A DNA stretch of 64,000 bases from Gemmatimonadales bacterium (GCA_965249575.1 OZ252244.1:2880001-2944000); one strand, 5' to 3'. Counted from the stretch's first letter, positions 27,450 to 38,381 are shown. Numbers and translations are program-made. The notes: generated by a model not told the origin, from the sequence alone.

Positions 27450-29220
27450 ATGGTCCGATTTACGTACTCCATGGGTAAATGGCTGGCGGCTTGCATGACG
27501 ACCGGGGCCGCCGCGGCCACCATCCTGCGCTACCTCCATATCGCGGGTCTCATCGGGTCGGAGCCCCATCGCCTCGCAGCGGAAGCGACCTGGGTCGGGC
27601 TCTCACCGGTGGCCGACACGGTGCATTCGATCGGCGATACGGTCCGGCTCGTAGCGACTGCGACGGACCGGTTCGGTACCTCGCTTCCAGGAGCCGCGAC
27701 CGCCAGGGATCGCGACCAGCCAGATGTCGCGGCGGTGGACAGCACCGGTATCGTGGTCGCTCGAGGAGAGGGAGCCGCGGCAGTCTCGGTGACGATCGGG
27801 TCGCAATCGGCGCAGGCGCAGGTCCTGGTGCACCCGATCGTCGAGGAGGTGCATTTGTCGTTCGACAGCACTCTTCGTGTTCCGGAAGGGCACTTCCGCC
27901 AGGTGTTCGCTCGCGCGCTCGACGCACGCGGATTCGAGCTAGCGCGAACACCGGTCTGGGTCTCGTCCGACTCCACCGTGGCGACCGTGGACAGTTCGGG
28001 GAGCGTGTGGGGTGTCGCTCCGGGACGCACGCGGCTCGCCGCGACGGTCGAGGGCGTCACTGCCCACACGGAGATACGAGTCGTGCCGGCCCCGGCTTTC
28101 GTGACCGTGCGAGGTGAGGGGCAGCGGGCACCGGCGGGTCAGCCGCTTGCCGAGCCGACGGAGGTCGAGGTGCTCTCCGACCGACGGCAGCCGATCGGGA
28201 ATGTTCCGGTAGAGTTCGTAGCGGTAGACCCGCACGGGAACGCGTCGGTTGACACGACGCTCACGGATCCTGCGGGTCGGGCCCGGACTCGGTGGATCTT
28301 GACGGATGTCCCCGGCCAGCAGCGGCTCCGGATCACCGTTGATGGCTTCGACAGCTCGATCACCGTCATGGCGGAGGCCGATCCAATCGCTGCGAACACT
28401 CGAGTGGTCCCCGTCTCCTCGGCCGTTCGCGGCCTCGTTGGCGAGCCGCTCGCTGAGCCGTACGGGGTGCTGGTCACTGATTCGATCGGCCGAGTCTTGC
28501 CGACGGTCCCGGTGTCATGGGCTCCCTTGGACGGTGGCGTGGTCACGCCCGCAGCCGAGCGGACCGACTCGCTGGGGCGGGCGTGGGCCAAGTGGACCCT
28601 CGGTCCGACCGCCGGGAAACAGCGAATCAGGGTGCAGGTCGGGAGCGGCCGGACCGCGCCACCGGCCACCCTGTCCGTCGGCGCGGGTCCAGGCCCGCCG
28701 GCCTCGGCTGTGGTTGTGCGCGGTGGCGACCAGCGCGCTACCGTGGGCGCCGCGCTCGAGAGAATTATCATCGACGTCCGCGACTCATTCGGAAACCCGA
28801 TCCCAGGCGCGGATCTGGCGCTGTCTCCCGCCGCTGGCAACGTGCTCGACAGCGCCGTGCAAACTGATTCGAGCGGGCACGTTGCCGTGTCCTGGACCCT
28901 CGGGCGAGAGGCCGGTCTGCAGCGACTGTCCGTCCGCCTTCCAACTAGCCCGCTCGGGCCGGCGACTCCGAGATCCAATCAGTGTTCAGGTAACGGATGT
29001 CTACGGAAACCCGGTGGCCGACGTGGCCGTCACGTTCACACCAGAGGCGGGAAGCGTCGGGCCGACGCGAGCGGTGACGGATACCGAAGGAGTTGCAGTT
29101 ACCAGGTGGACATTGGGGGACACGAGTGGCTCGCAATCCCTGACAGCGGTCGTCGCCCGTTCGGCTCTCCGGTCCACTATCACGGTCGATGCGAGTCCAT
29201 CGGTGGAAGGCGGCCGATGA
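27450..29220 (+). CDS. Bacterial Ig-like repeat (Big_2/Big_1) protein, frameshifted near 28945-28970
   Basis: WVSSDSTVATVDSSG.V.G..PG repeats and V.D..GNP..G..V...TD..G.A...WTLG...G.Q.L repeats; the last repeat lies in the frame ending at 29220. Confidence 0.8.
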
Positions 29221-29235
29221 GGCGCCTGGAGTAGG

Positions 29236-30879
29236 ATGCCCGACGAGCGCGAACCCGGGCAATCACCGGAAGACGTCGAGCTTCGCGAGCGGCTCGCGCG
29301 AGCACTCGGAGAACACTATGCCGTGCGTGGGCTCCTCGGGCGCGGGGGGTTCGCGGAGGTCTACGAGGTTTGGGATTCCCAGCTCGAACGGCGGCTCGCG
29401 ATCAAGGTGCTTCGCCCTGACATAGCGTGGACGTCGGGCATGCTGGATCGGTTCCGGCAGGAGGCCCGAGCGGTCGCTAAGCTCGCGCATCCCAACATCC
29501 TGCCCATCCACTTTGTCGGGGAGGGCGAGGGACTGGTCTACTACGCGATGCCCTACGTCCGCGGCCCCTCCCTCGGAGAGGTCCTTCGGTCAGGTGCAAT
29601 GGATCTCGATCGGGTGATCGAGTTGGTCCGCCCGATACTCGACGCCCTGCAGCACGCGCACGCAATGGGGCTCATCCACCGCGATATCAAGCCCGACAAC
29701 GTGATGATCGACGAGGCCTCGGGACGGGCTCTGCTGATGGACTTCGGCATCGCCAAGCGAGTCGATGCTGGCAAGGGCCAGACGCAGACCGGCTTCGTGG
29801 TCGGCACGCCCCACTACATGAGTCCCGAGCAGGCGCTGGGCCAGCGTGACCTCGATAGTCGCTCGGACCTCTACGCCATCGGAGCGATGCTCTAGCAAAT
29901 GGTGACTGGCTCTCCTCCGTTTGAGGCGGAGACGTCGCAGGAAGTCGTAGCCAAGCACATCAGCGAGCCGGCTCCCGACCCGAGTGTGCTCAATGCGCGA
30001 GTACCGGCTGAGCTGTCCGGCGTGATCGTGCGCTGCCTGGCCAAGCGCCCGGCCGAGCGGTATCAGTCTGCCGAAAGCCTGTCGCAGGCGCTCCATCACG
30101 TACAGCGGGGCCCCGGACCCGACCGAAGCGGGGAACTACCCAGCGCGCCTGCCAACCGGGCTGCCGATGGGGTGGATAGCGAGCGAACGGCTCTCCTGGT
30201 CAGCGCCGAAACGGAGCCGGCCAGCATCGGAACCGACGCCCCGCCAACTCAACTAACCGGATCGGGCGGTCGATCCCGCCGTCTGGCATGGGTTGGGGTA
30301 GGGATGGCGGCGGCAACCGCCCTGGCGCTCGTAATCTTCTTCGCCAACCGGCCGGTTCTCGTCGTAGAGAACGATCTTTCAGAGCCGATCCGTCTCAGCT
30401 TGAGTGGAAGTCCCGAGCGGGACATCGAGGGTGGCGACCGCCTAACGCTGCGTGTCGGCCGCAGGCGCGCCCTCATCGGCACGTGGCATCTCGTACGGCC
30501 CGCGACTCCCGATGGCGCCCCGATGGGCGTTGAGATCAGGGGCACGATTTACGAGGACCTGCCCCGAGGGACGATGCGGTACACGGCGAGGGGCCGGGCC
30601 GACGGGCGGGCGTATTTTGCTCCGCTGATTACGAATGCGACCGGGCAGCCGCTCTCGGTCACGGTGAATGCCGGGCTCCAGGGCTCGACGGTTTGTGGCT
30701 GCGAAATCCAGCCGGGCGCCACGCGTGCGGCCATCGGGTATTACGAACTGTTCCGCAACAGCACTGTGCGGGTGCGAGATCCGACAGGGCGCACAGCCAC
30801 GTTCGTGGATCTAGGGTCCAAGGTCGATCCAAAGAGCGGACGGGTGGGACTTCGGTTTGAGTCGGGAGACCTTCGGTGA
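29236..30879 (+). CDS. Membrane Ser/Thr protein kinase (Hanks type) with an in-frame TAG at 29893-29895
   Basis: [53 protein letters not shown] helix and extracytoplasmic domain follow in the same frame. Confidence 0.9.
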
Positions 30880-30963
30880 GAGTTGGAACCTAGCCTTGGT
30901 CGGTCGGTACCTAACGCAGCAGGTCGTTGAAACGAAGGCAGCTCGTGCTCGGAGGGTACCGCC

Positions 30964-31590
30964 ATCAGTCTAGTACGAAGGGCCATTTGCTTGGCATCGC
31001 TCGCCCTGTTCGCGTCCGGCCACCTCGCCGGCGCGCACGGACAAGGTGTTGCGCCCTGCGAATCGGATCCGATCGGCGGCCCTACGACGGGAACGCCGTC
31101 GTCGCCCGCCCTGCAATCGGCGTTGGCCAAGCAGGCTCAGATTGCGAAGTCCGACGGTCCGTGGTGTGTCGTGCTATCTGCGGCAGAGATGGCGTCGATC
31201 ATCGCGGCCGGCCTCGACCCGCGTGCCCGCCGTGCGCTCGCCATACACCAGGTACGGCTCGATAGCCGGGGACGCCTCACCCTCGAGGGGGAGGTGGACA
31301 CCGAAGTGCTCGCGGAGGCGCTGGGCCCGCTCCTTTGGATGCTCAACCCTCACGAGCCGATCTCGGTGGTGGGTCCAGTACGGTCGGTTGGTGCGGGCTA
31401 TGTCGCGTGGGAGCCGGACGGGTTCATCATCCGTTCACTACCACTCCCCGAGCTCGCCGTCCCACGTCTCGTCAATTATCTGACTGGCCGGACTGATGGA
31501 ATCGTCCCCATTCGGGTTCCCAAAACGGTCGAGGACGTCCGGATAACCAGCCGCGGTGTGATCTTCTATCGAGCTTCGTTCGATCATTGA
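30964..31590 (+). CDS. Exported hypothetical protein
   Basis: GGAGG followed by ATC at 30964 opens a signal peptide (SLVRRAICLASLALFASGHLAGA) in frame with ORF 30991..31590. Confidence 0.6.
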   Translation: MSLVRRAICLASLALFASGHLAGAHGQGVAPCESDPIGGPTTGTPSSPALQSALAKQAQIAKSDGPWCVVLSAAEMASIIAAGLDPRARRALAIHQVRLDSRGRLTLEGEVDTEVLAEALGPLLWMLNPHEPISVVGPVRSVGAGYVAWEPDGFIIRSLPLPELAVPRLVNYLTGRTDGIVPIRVPKTVEDVRITSRGVIFYRASFDH

Positions 31591-31644
31591 TGAGCCGAGT
31601 CGGTGGCGCTGTGGAGTGTGGGGAGGGATTCAGGTGGTTACGGC

Positions 31645-33705
31645 TCACCGGCGCTCAATGATCACTCTCTGCATTGAGGCACCTTCCTGCACGTCGTCGA
31701 TGATCTCCATACCGCTCACGACTTCGGCGATGATGGTGTAATTGTGGTCGAGCCGGACGTTGTCGACGAGATTGACGAAAATCTGCGCATCACCCGTGTC
31801 GCGCCCGCGCGTCGAGATCCCGACGGTACCCCTCAGGTGTGAGCGTGCCGTGAGCTCGTCGCGGGCATACGGACCGGCACCCATGAATTCGTTCGCCCCC
31901 GGGCTTCCACCCTGAATGACGAAGTTCGGCACGACGCGGTGAAAAGTCAGACCATCGAAGTACCCGTCATCGGCGAGCCGAGCGAAGCGCGCGGTGTTCG
32001 TAGGCGCGTCGAAAGGACGGAGACGAAGCTCGATCGTGCCTCCCCCGGCCATCCGGATCACCGCGCGGCCACCGTCCAAGCGGGCTAACTCGTCTAGCGA
32101 TGGGATGGCGGCCCGAGGGGGTTGCGCGGGCATCGGCACGTGGGGCTTCCCCGTCCACGCAGATAGGTGTTCGGCGACCGCCGTGGCGATGACCGGATCG
32201 AAGTCGGTGAGGTACGGCCGGAGTGCCTCCACCTGCGCCATGTCACCGAGCTCGCCAAGCCGGTCGACGATGGCTCGTCGTGGATCTCGCGATGTCTCGC
32301 GCTGCTCCGTCGTGATACGGGCGAGGGCGCTTATCAGGGCCGGAACCGCCACAGCGCCGTTCGGAGTCCCTTCCAGCGCGCGCGCGGCCGTGCGGACCAA
32401 CTGGTAGTCGGGGCTGTCGAGTGCGGCGATGTAGGCCGAGTCGGTGTCGTGTCCCTTGATCGCGACCAGGCCCCGAATGGAGCTTTCCCGCACGTTGGGG
32501 TGGTCGTCAAACGCGAGTCGCGCGAGGGTCTCATGGTCACCCAGCCGCGTCGCCGTCCGCGCTGCGTACATGCGGGCCTGCCAGATGGCCTGCTGAGCAA
32601 AACCGGCAAGGTGCGAGTCGGCTCGGTCGGGTGCTCGACCCGCGAGCGCCACGAGCGCGTGGGCGGGTCGGCGCCAGGCGGCCGTCCCACCGCCCTTGAG
32701 TTGGGACAGCTCTCCGGCGATGCTGTCGAGCAAGTCCGCCGCGAGATCGTCCTGCTCGCAACCCTCGAGAAGGTCGATGGCCAACAAGGCCACGTGCGGG
32801 TCGGGATCTCGAACGTGCCTCGAGATTGGGCCGCAGCCTGAGTCGGCTCGGAGACGCTCGCCGTACGTCCGGAGCGCCTCATAGCGGACTCTCGGTGCCC
32901 GATCGGCAAGACCGGCTGCCACGAGAGTCGCCGGCGGCGGTGCCTCCAGCGATCTGATAGCCGCGGCTGCCAGCCGACGCACCTCCGGGTCGGGATCGGA
33001 GAGCGTCGTGTCCACGAGCGCTACACTGGTTCGTCCTCCCGCGATGAGCGCGGCAACCGCGAGCCGGCGAACTCGAGCCGCTTCGCGAGCCGCCTGAGAA
33101 TCCGGTGCCACCAACCCCTCGCGCGCAAGCTGCGTCAAGCGTGCTATCGACTGCATGGAAGGCGGGATCGCTTCCGCCTGGCTCCGCATCAAAGACTCGA
33201 ACCCCCGGACAATTCCCCATAGGCTTGTGAGCGGCGCGAGCCAGGAGTAGGCGAGCAAGGCCTGCTCAGCGGCACGTACCTCTTCCAAGGTCCCATACGG
33301 GAGGCGGCCGAGCGTCTGAGCGATGGTTCCCCCAACCACCGGGTCTTCCTCTCGGCGCAGCCGGTCGATTAGTCGGGAGGTGACCATGTTGGCGTTGCCG
33401 TGCAGGACGGATTGCCCGAGGGCGTTGGCGGCTTCGGCTCTGACAGCGGGGGCTCTGGAGGTGAGGAGCGGCAGTATGGACGGGACCAGCGACACTCGCT
33501 CGAGCCGTCCGAGTGCTCGCACGGCTAGGCGCTGTGTCTCCGGATTCGGCGAGCGAAGGCCCTGAAGCAAGGGCGCCAAGGCCTCCGGTCCTGCGGCGCG
33601 CGTGTCTTCCGCTTCGAGCATCGCGGTGCGGAGCGCCCGGTCTTCCTGCTGTGTCGATAGGACCGGCGCGCCGACGAGCAGCACCAGCCCCAGGGTACCG
33701 ATCAT
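31645..33705 (-). CDS. HEAT-repeat protein fused to a cyclophilin-type peptidyl-prolyl isomerase (start uncertain)
   Basis: VRAEAANALG, DPDPEVRRLAA repeats; C-terminal AP.NT.RF, YFDGLTFHRVVPNFVIQGG, RGTVG, DTGDAQIF. Confidence 0.9.
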   Translation of the reverse strand: MIGTLGLVLLVGAPVLSTQQEDRALRTAMLEAEDTRAAGPEALAPLLQGLRSPNPETQRLAVRALGRLERVSLVPSILPLLTSRAPAVRAEAANALGQSVLHGNANMVTSRLIDRLRREEDPVVGGTIAQTLGRLPYGTLEEVRAAEQALLAYSWLAPLTSLWGIVRGFESLMRSQAEAIPPSMQSIARLTQLAREGLVAPDSQAAREAARVRRLAVAALIAGGRTSVALVDTTLSDPDPEVRRLAAAAIRSLEAPPPATLVAAGLADRAPRVRYEALRTYGERLRADSGCGPISRHVRDPDPHVALLAIDLLEGCEQDDLAADLLDSIAGELSQLKGGGTAAWRRPAHALVALAGRAPDRADSHLAGFAQQAIWQARMYAARTATRLGDHETLARLAFDDHPNVRESSIRGLVAIKGHDTDSAYIAALDSPDYQLVRTAARALEGTPNGAVAVPALISALARITTEQRETSRDPRRAIVDRLGELGDMAQVEALRPYLTDFDPVIATAVAEHLSAWTGKPHVPMPAQPPRAAIPSLDELARLDGGRAVIRMAGGGTIELRLRPFDAPTNTARFARLADDGYFDGLTFHRVVPNFVIQGGSPGANEFMGAGPYARDELTARSHLRGTVGISTRGRDTGDAQIFVNLVDNVRLDHNYTIIAEVVSGMEIIDDVQEGASMQRVIIERR

Positions 33706-34259
33706 GAGGGGAAAACTATGGTGGGGCGTGGAGGGACCGCTAGCCATCGTTGCTAAAGAGAATGTGCCGGACATCGCTTCGCGGTCGTGGAGGGGTTGAC
33801 TTGCAGTTGCTACGCACTGCGTCCCAAGTAGTCGTTGGCCCTTAGACAGCGCGAGAGCTTGGTCACACAACTATCTGTGGTGCAAACTACTTATAGGACT
33901 TGATCCGATCTCTAACACATGTGAGTGAGACGTCACTCGCACCTTGTTGTCAGCGAGCGTAATCGGCCATACGACCATTGCGACACTGTCGCTGCACATG
34001 AGCTTGGCGCCCGCCGGATGCCGCGCCGCGGAATCGGCAGGCCAGTGGTCCAATCCCTGCACAGGGAAGGTCTCGGGGTACCGGAGGGTCAAGGGGGTGG
34101 GCGTAGATTTGGTGATGAGCTCAGCCGGTGTTGCTTCGGCGCTGCACCAGGGCGACCGCGCGTACCGTTACCGGTTTCGTTAAACTTGTTGGCGACGCAA
34201 CGCGCCCGGCCGGCGCGTTCGACGATCTGCACTGCGTGAGACAATCGAGGGTAACTCCA

Positions 34260-35279
34260 ATGACGACACACGATCTGGAATCGGTGGCCCGAGCGCTTGT
34301 TGCGGAGGGCAAAGGCATCTTGGCGGCTGATGAGAGCTTCCCAACCATCGAAAAGCGATTCAAGAGCATCAACATCCCATCAACTGAGGAAAATCGGCGA
34401 GGATACCGCGAGTTGTTATTTACCACTGAAGGCGTCGGCGAGTTCATTAGCGGCGTGATCATGTTTGACGAAACGTTGCGCCAAGGGGCGCGGGACGGAA
34501 CGCCCTTTTCCGACCTACTGAAACGGCAGGATATCGTCCCCGGTATCAAGGTTGACAAGGGCGCAAAGGCACTCGCCGGTTACGGCGGAGAGAAGATAAC
34601 CGAGGGACTCGACGGACTTCGAGACCGGCTGGCCGAGTACCGCGAGCTCGGGGCTCAGTTTGCCAAGTGGAGAGCCGTGATTGCCATCGGGAATGGGTTG
34701 CCCACCCGGTTTTGCATAGACGCGAACGCCCACGCTCTCGCGCGGTACGCCGCGCTGTGTCAGGAAGCCGGCCTCGTTCCGATCGTGGAGCCGGAGGTGC
34801 TCATGGACGGCGACCACTCGATCGAGCGGTGTGAGCTGGTCACGCGCACGAGTCTCGAAAGCGTGTATTTCCACCTCGAAGCGCACAAAGTGGAGCTGGC
34901 GGGAACGCTGCTGAAGCCCAACATGGTGGTGTCCGGCAAGGGTTGTCCTCAACAGGCCGGCACCCAGGAGGTTGCTGAAGCCACGGTGCGGACCCTCCGC
35001 GAAACGGTGCCGGTAGGGGTGCCGGGCGTTGTGTTCTTGTCGGGGGGACAGGGGCCGGAGACAGCTACAGCCCACTTGAACGCGATGAATGCCCTCGGCA
35101 GCCATCCGTGGGAGCTGAGCTTCTCCTATGGGCGAGCGCTCCAAGAAGAGGCGCTTACAGCGTGGAGAGGTGAGCCCGGCAACGTTCAGGCGGCCCAGCG
35201 CGCCTTCCGCCATAGGGGACAGTGTGTGCGTGCCGCTCGGTCGGGCACCTACTCAGAAAGCATGGAGCGGGCAGCTTAG
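34260..35279 (+). CDS. Fructose-bisphosphate aldolase class I
   Basis: GKGILAADES, PGIKVDKG, TEGLDGL, FAKWR, LARYAALCQ, VPIVEPEV, LLKPNMV, FLSGGQ, FSYGRALQ. Confidence 0.97.
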   Translation: MTTHDLESVARALVAEGKGILAADESFPTIEKRFKSINIPSTEENRRGYRELLFTTEGVGEFISGVIMFDETLRQGARDGTPFSDLLKRQDIVPGIKVDKGAKALAGYGGEKITEGLDGLRDRLAEYRELGAQFAKWRAVIAIGNGLPTRFCIDANAHALARYAALCQEAGLVPIVEPEVLMDGDHSIERCELVTRTSLESVYFHLEAHKVELAGTLLKPNMVVSGKGCPQQAGTQEVAEATVRTLRETVPVGVPGVVFLSGGQGPETATAHLNAMNALGSHPWELSFSYGRALQEEALTAWRGEPGNVQAAQRAFRHRGQCVRAARSGTYSESMERAA

Positions 35280-35395
35280 AGTCGGTGCGTCTCCCGGCCA
35301 CCAAAGCGCCGCCCCGGTGCTGGCTCTGCCGACTGCTGGGGCGGCGACGCACGTCCGGGGTGGGCTGCGCGGTGAGCGGTTCGGAGCCGCGCATT

Positions 35396-35665
35396 TCACG
35401 GTGACGCTGCACGCCGTATCATCTCAAGCTTCTCTTGTCGTGACATCGCCTTGATCTGCGCCTCGCGCTTCGCCGCGAACGATCGGTTGCGGTGCCGCTC
35501 TCGATAAACGATCTCCGCCGCGGGAGAGATTCGAAAGAACCGGGCTCCGCGCCGTGACGTCTGGTGTTCCTCCAGCCGCCTGGCAGGATCCGGTGAGATC
35601 CCGGTGTACAATTTTCCCGACTGGGTCTGTATCATGTACACTTCCCAGCCGCTAGTAGCGCTCAT
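35396..35665 (-). CDS. GIY-YIG nuclease family protein (UPF0213-like)
   Basis: VYMI...GKLYTGI..D..RRL.EH...GARF...A.KRE..IK.M.R..K. Confidence 0.9.
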   Translation of the reverse strand: MSATSGWEVYMIQTQSGKLYTGISPDPARRLEEHQTSRRGARFFRISPAAEIVYRERHRNRSFAAKREAQIKAMSRQEKLEMIRRAASP

Positions 35666-35736
35666 CGGGCAGCAACCGCGGTGGAAGAATCGATTGCGGA
35701 CGGCATCAAGAAAGGGGCGACGCCAATGACGGAGCT

Positions 35737-36339
35737 TTGCCCTCTATGAGATTCTCCCCCGACGGTCAGAAGGTGGCCTACTTCGAGTCAGATGGTGGCG
35801 GTCGCGGCGGCTCGAATGCCGAGGTTGGGGCGCTTTACGTAGCCGACTTCACCGGGCGGAATCCCACGCTGGTGGTGGGCGCGGAGTACGCCCCACGGCA
35901 CGCGCGTTGGTCTCCCGACGCGCGGCAGATCGCGTTCGACGTTCGATCGCTACAGCACACGGATGTCAGGCACGTCGCAGTCTATGATCTGGACAAGGTC
36001 GGAACCAGCTTCTTCGCGACCCAGACGGAGCGGGGGATCCCCCACGATTCCGATCCTCACTGGTCGCCGAGCGGAGCAGAGCTCCTTCACGATAGAGCCT
36101 ATCCTCCGTCAACCTCCGTGGAGAAAGTCGTCCGAGCGATGAGGATCGCCGACGACGGGGTTCAGATCGCCCCGAGGGTAGTCATGGTGGGAACCCCAGC
36201 TGCTCGAACCCGGGGCTGGGTAGATGATGCGAGCGTATTGGTCGCGTTACCCGACTCGGCGACGCTCTTGAACACCGAGGCTGGAACGGCAGCTCCGCTC
36301 CCAGCCGGCCGGATCCTTCACGTTCGGTCAGTTCGCTAG
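35737..36339 (+). CDS. PD40/TolB-like beta-propeller fragment, probably 5'-truncated
   Basis: FSPDGQKVAY, WSPDARQIAF, PHWSPSG repeats; no RBS or signal peptide; begins at a repeat. Confidence 0.6.
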   Translation: MPSMRFSPDGQKVAYFESDGGGRGGSNAEVGALYVADFTGRNPTLVVGAEYAPRHARWSPDARQIAFDVRSLQHTDVRHVAVYDLDKVGTSFFATQTERGIPHDSDPHWSPSGAELLHDRAYPPSTSVEKVVRAMRIADDGVQIAPRVVMVGTPAARTRGWVDDASVLVALPDSATLLNTEAGTAAPLPAGRILHVRSVR

Positions 36340-36369
36340 GACCGCCTCGCTCGAACCCGGAGTAGCCCG

Positions 36370-36984
36370 TCACGGGGTGGTCGGGGAGGCGCGGCTCTGG
36401 CCGCGCCACACATAAACGAAGTCTCCGAATTCAGAGCGATCGTCGTTGGCTGCGTTGGCGGCGACATGAAACGACACCGTGCCGTCCTCCCGAGACGGGG
36501 CTCTCCAACGGAGGCGCCACTGCGCGACTCCGGGCCGGGTAAGGGCGGTCCCGGTCAGCGTGTGCTGGGCATAATCGACGCGGCCCGCCGTCACGATTTC
36601 GACGCGGCTGTCCAACTCGGCGAGCGATCCCGCCTGCAGCGCCAAGCCCGGGCCATCGGCGAGCCGGGTGGCGAGCTGGAATCCTCCCGCGCCCATGCCC
36701 TCTCGGCTCACGGTGACCGTGAGCGTGTACGCGCTGTCCGATGAGTAGGCTGGAGGAATGCCGGAGACAGTGGCCTGTCCCCGCGAATGGTTCACCGGGT
36801 AGCCGAAATGACACTGATGGCAGGTAGGCTCCCCGAACCCGCCGGTGTGCGCCGCAGGCGGGTTTTGCGGGTACACGCCTGCGGTCGGGTGAGGGGCGAG
36901 ACCGATGAGAGCTGCGGCGGCGAGGGCGATTACGCCGGATCGAACGGAATCAGGGGATCCTGGCGCGCCCGATAGTATTGGCAT
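36370..36984 (-). CDS. Exported choice-of-anchor V/Reeler-like domain protein with CxxCH motif (start uncertain)
   Basis: HTGGFGEPTCHQCH, Y.LTVTV, GGFQL, W...W.AP, V.FHVAANAAN.D....GD. Confidence 0.78.
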   Translation of the reverse strand: MPILSGAPGSPDSVRSGVIALAAAALIGLAPHPTAGVYPQNPPAAHTGGFGEPTCHQCHFGYPVNHSRGQATVSGIPPAYSSDSAYTLTVTVSREGMGAGGFQLATRLADGPGLALQAGSLAELDSRVEIVTAGRVDYAQHTLTGTALTRPGVAQWRLRWRAPSREDGTVSFHVAANAANDDRSEFGDFVYVWRGQSRASPTTP

Positions 36985-37969
36985 CGGTCCCGAACCAAAT
37001 CGCCCGCGAAGCGGCGTCAAAGACCATGTGACGCACCGTGCCCGCGCCACTTTCGATTTCGGTCACGCTGAAAAACTCGCCCCCTCCGATGCGCGGATCG
37101 AACCCGATAAACCGGTTGGGTTGCGGGCCGGTCTCGACGAACCAGAGGCGATCCCGGTCGTCGACGGCCATTGCGTACGGCCGCGCGTTCGCACCTCCAG
37201 GGATCGCCCACTCCTGGAGCCCCCCCGTCTCCGGATCTAATCGCCCCAGGTACCCGCCCGCATAGTCTACGTACCACACCCCCCCGTCCGACGTGATCGC
37301 GAGGCGGCGGGGCCGGGCGTCACGTCGAGGCAGTTCGATCTCCCGGAGCGTCATCGCCTCGGGATCGATCGTGGCGATCTTGTAACTGCCGAATTCAACC
37401 ACCCACGGGCGGTCCTGCGCATCCACCACGATGCCGTAGGGGCGCGATTGGGCGGTGGGAACGGGAATCAGACGGACGGTCCGGGACGTCCCGGTGAGCT
37501 TTCCGACGAAGTTCCCACCCTGCACGGTGAACCAGATGTCACCGTTGCTGTCGAACACGAGCGTGTGGGGGTCCCGTGCGCTCTCGTCCGGCATGGGAAA
37601 CTTGATGATGCTTCCATCCCGAGGATCGAGCCGTCCGATGTGCGCAGCCCTATTCCCCGCATACCACACGAAACCCTCGGCGTCCACGATGAGGTTGTGA
37701 GGCCCGGTCCCCGGATCTAGCGGGAATTGCTCGAATCTCCCCGTGGACGGCTCGAGGAATGCAACGTAGTGAGAGCGCTGGCCGACGAACCACACCCGCC
37801 CGTCCGGGCCGACGTACGGGTCCCTGGGCCGGGAGTTCTCCCATGGCACGACCCATTCCGCGATGTCGATCGGGTCGTCGATCGCAACGGGCAGCTGGAG
37901 CGATGAGTCCGTGTAGATGCCGAGTGCCAGTAATGGTGGGACGACCGCCGCGGCTGCGAGGGGTTTCAT
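36950..37969 (-). CDS. Virginiamycin B lyase (Vgb)-like beta-propeller protein
   Basis: Repeated P..I....DG.VWF/Y blades (PHNL, PHTL, PYGI, PRRL, PYAM); GGAGG before ATG 37969. Confidence 0.88.
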   Translation of the reverse strand: MKPLAAAAVVPPLLALGIYTDSSLQLPVAIDDPIDIAEWVVPWENSRPRDPYVGPDGRVWFVGQRSHYVAFLEPSTGRFEQFPLDPGTGPHNLIVDAEGFVWYAGNRAAHIGRLDPRDGSIIKFPMPDESARDPHTLVFDSNGDIWFTVQGGNFVGKLTGTSRTVRLIPVPTAQSRPYGIVVDAQDRPWVVEFGSYKIATIDPEAMTLREIELPRRDARPRRLAITSDGGVWYVDYAGGYLGRLDPETGGLQEWAIPGGANARPYAMAVDDRDRLWFVETGPQPNRFIGFDPRIGGGEFFSVTEIESGAGTVRHMVFDAASRAIWFGTDANTIGRARIP

Positions 37970-38169
37970 GCCTGGGCCTCCTGGTCGTCGATCGTGTTGT
38001 GAACGGGCGTCCCCGATCACCCAAGCGTGCGCTCGAGGTTAAAATGGAGAGAACGCCGCGCGGGCGGTAGGTGCAGGCACCCCCGGCCACTCCACTCTGG
38101 ACGGCATTTGGGGAGTGGGCGGAGTTCGCCTGGGAACAGCGGTGTGCCCTCTCGTCAAGTCAGAAGCCT

Positions 38170-38381
38170 CGCTGGAAGGGGTCGTGCTCCCGTGAAGGTG
38201 ATCTTGACATGGGCGTGTTGGGCCCTGTGTTGACCGAGCCACCTTCGCGGAGCCCGCGCTGCACTCCAAGGGCTTCGTCCATGTGATGGTCGGCGGGATC
38301 TTCGTGGTGAAGGATGGAGTATTGGTCAACGGTGTCACACCCCAGCGCCCGATTCGGCGGCCGATTGCACCGGTTCCGTGA
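38170..38381 (+). pseudogene. C-terminal remnant of an N-acyl-D-amino-acid deacylase-like amidohydrolase
   Basis: 38229-38381 reads VDRATFAEPALHSKGFVHVMVGGIFVVKDGVLVNGVTPQRPIRRP...*; a degenerate KGR...D.D...P segment precedes it out of frame. Confidence 0.75.

Noticed and set aside
29893..29895. Pyrrolysine or UAG reassignment
   Set aside because: Single instance at a position that fits Tyr; TAG is a normal stop elsewhere in the window; no pyl genes seen.
35396..36339. Mobile element or homing endonuclease around the GIY-YIG gene
   Set aside because: Stand-alone ~90-aa UPF0213-type protein; no terminal repeats, intron features or recombinase.
36950..37969. Bona fide streptogramin resistance gene vgb
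   Set aside because: Only fold-level resemblance; appears exported and chromosomal, with no resistance context.
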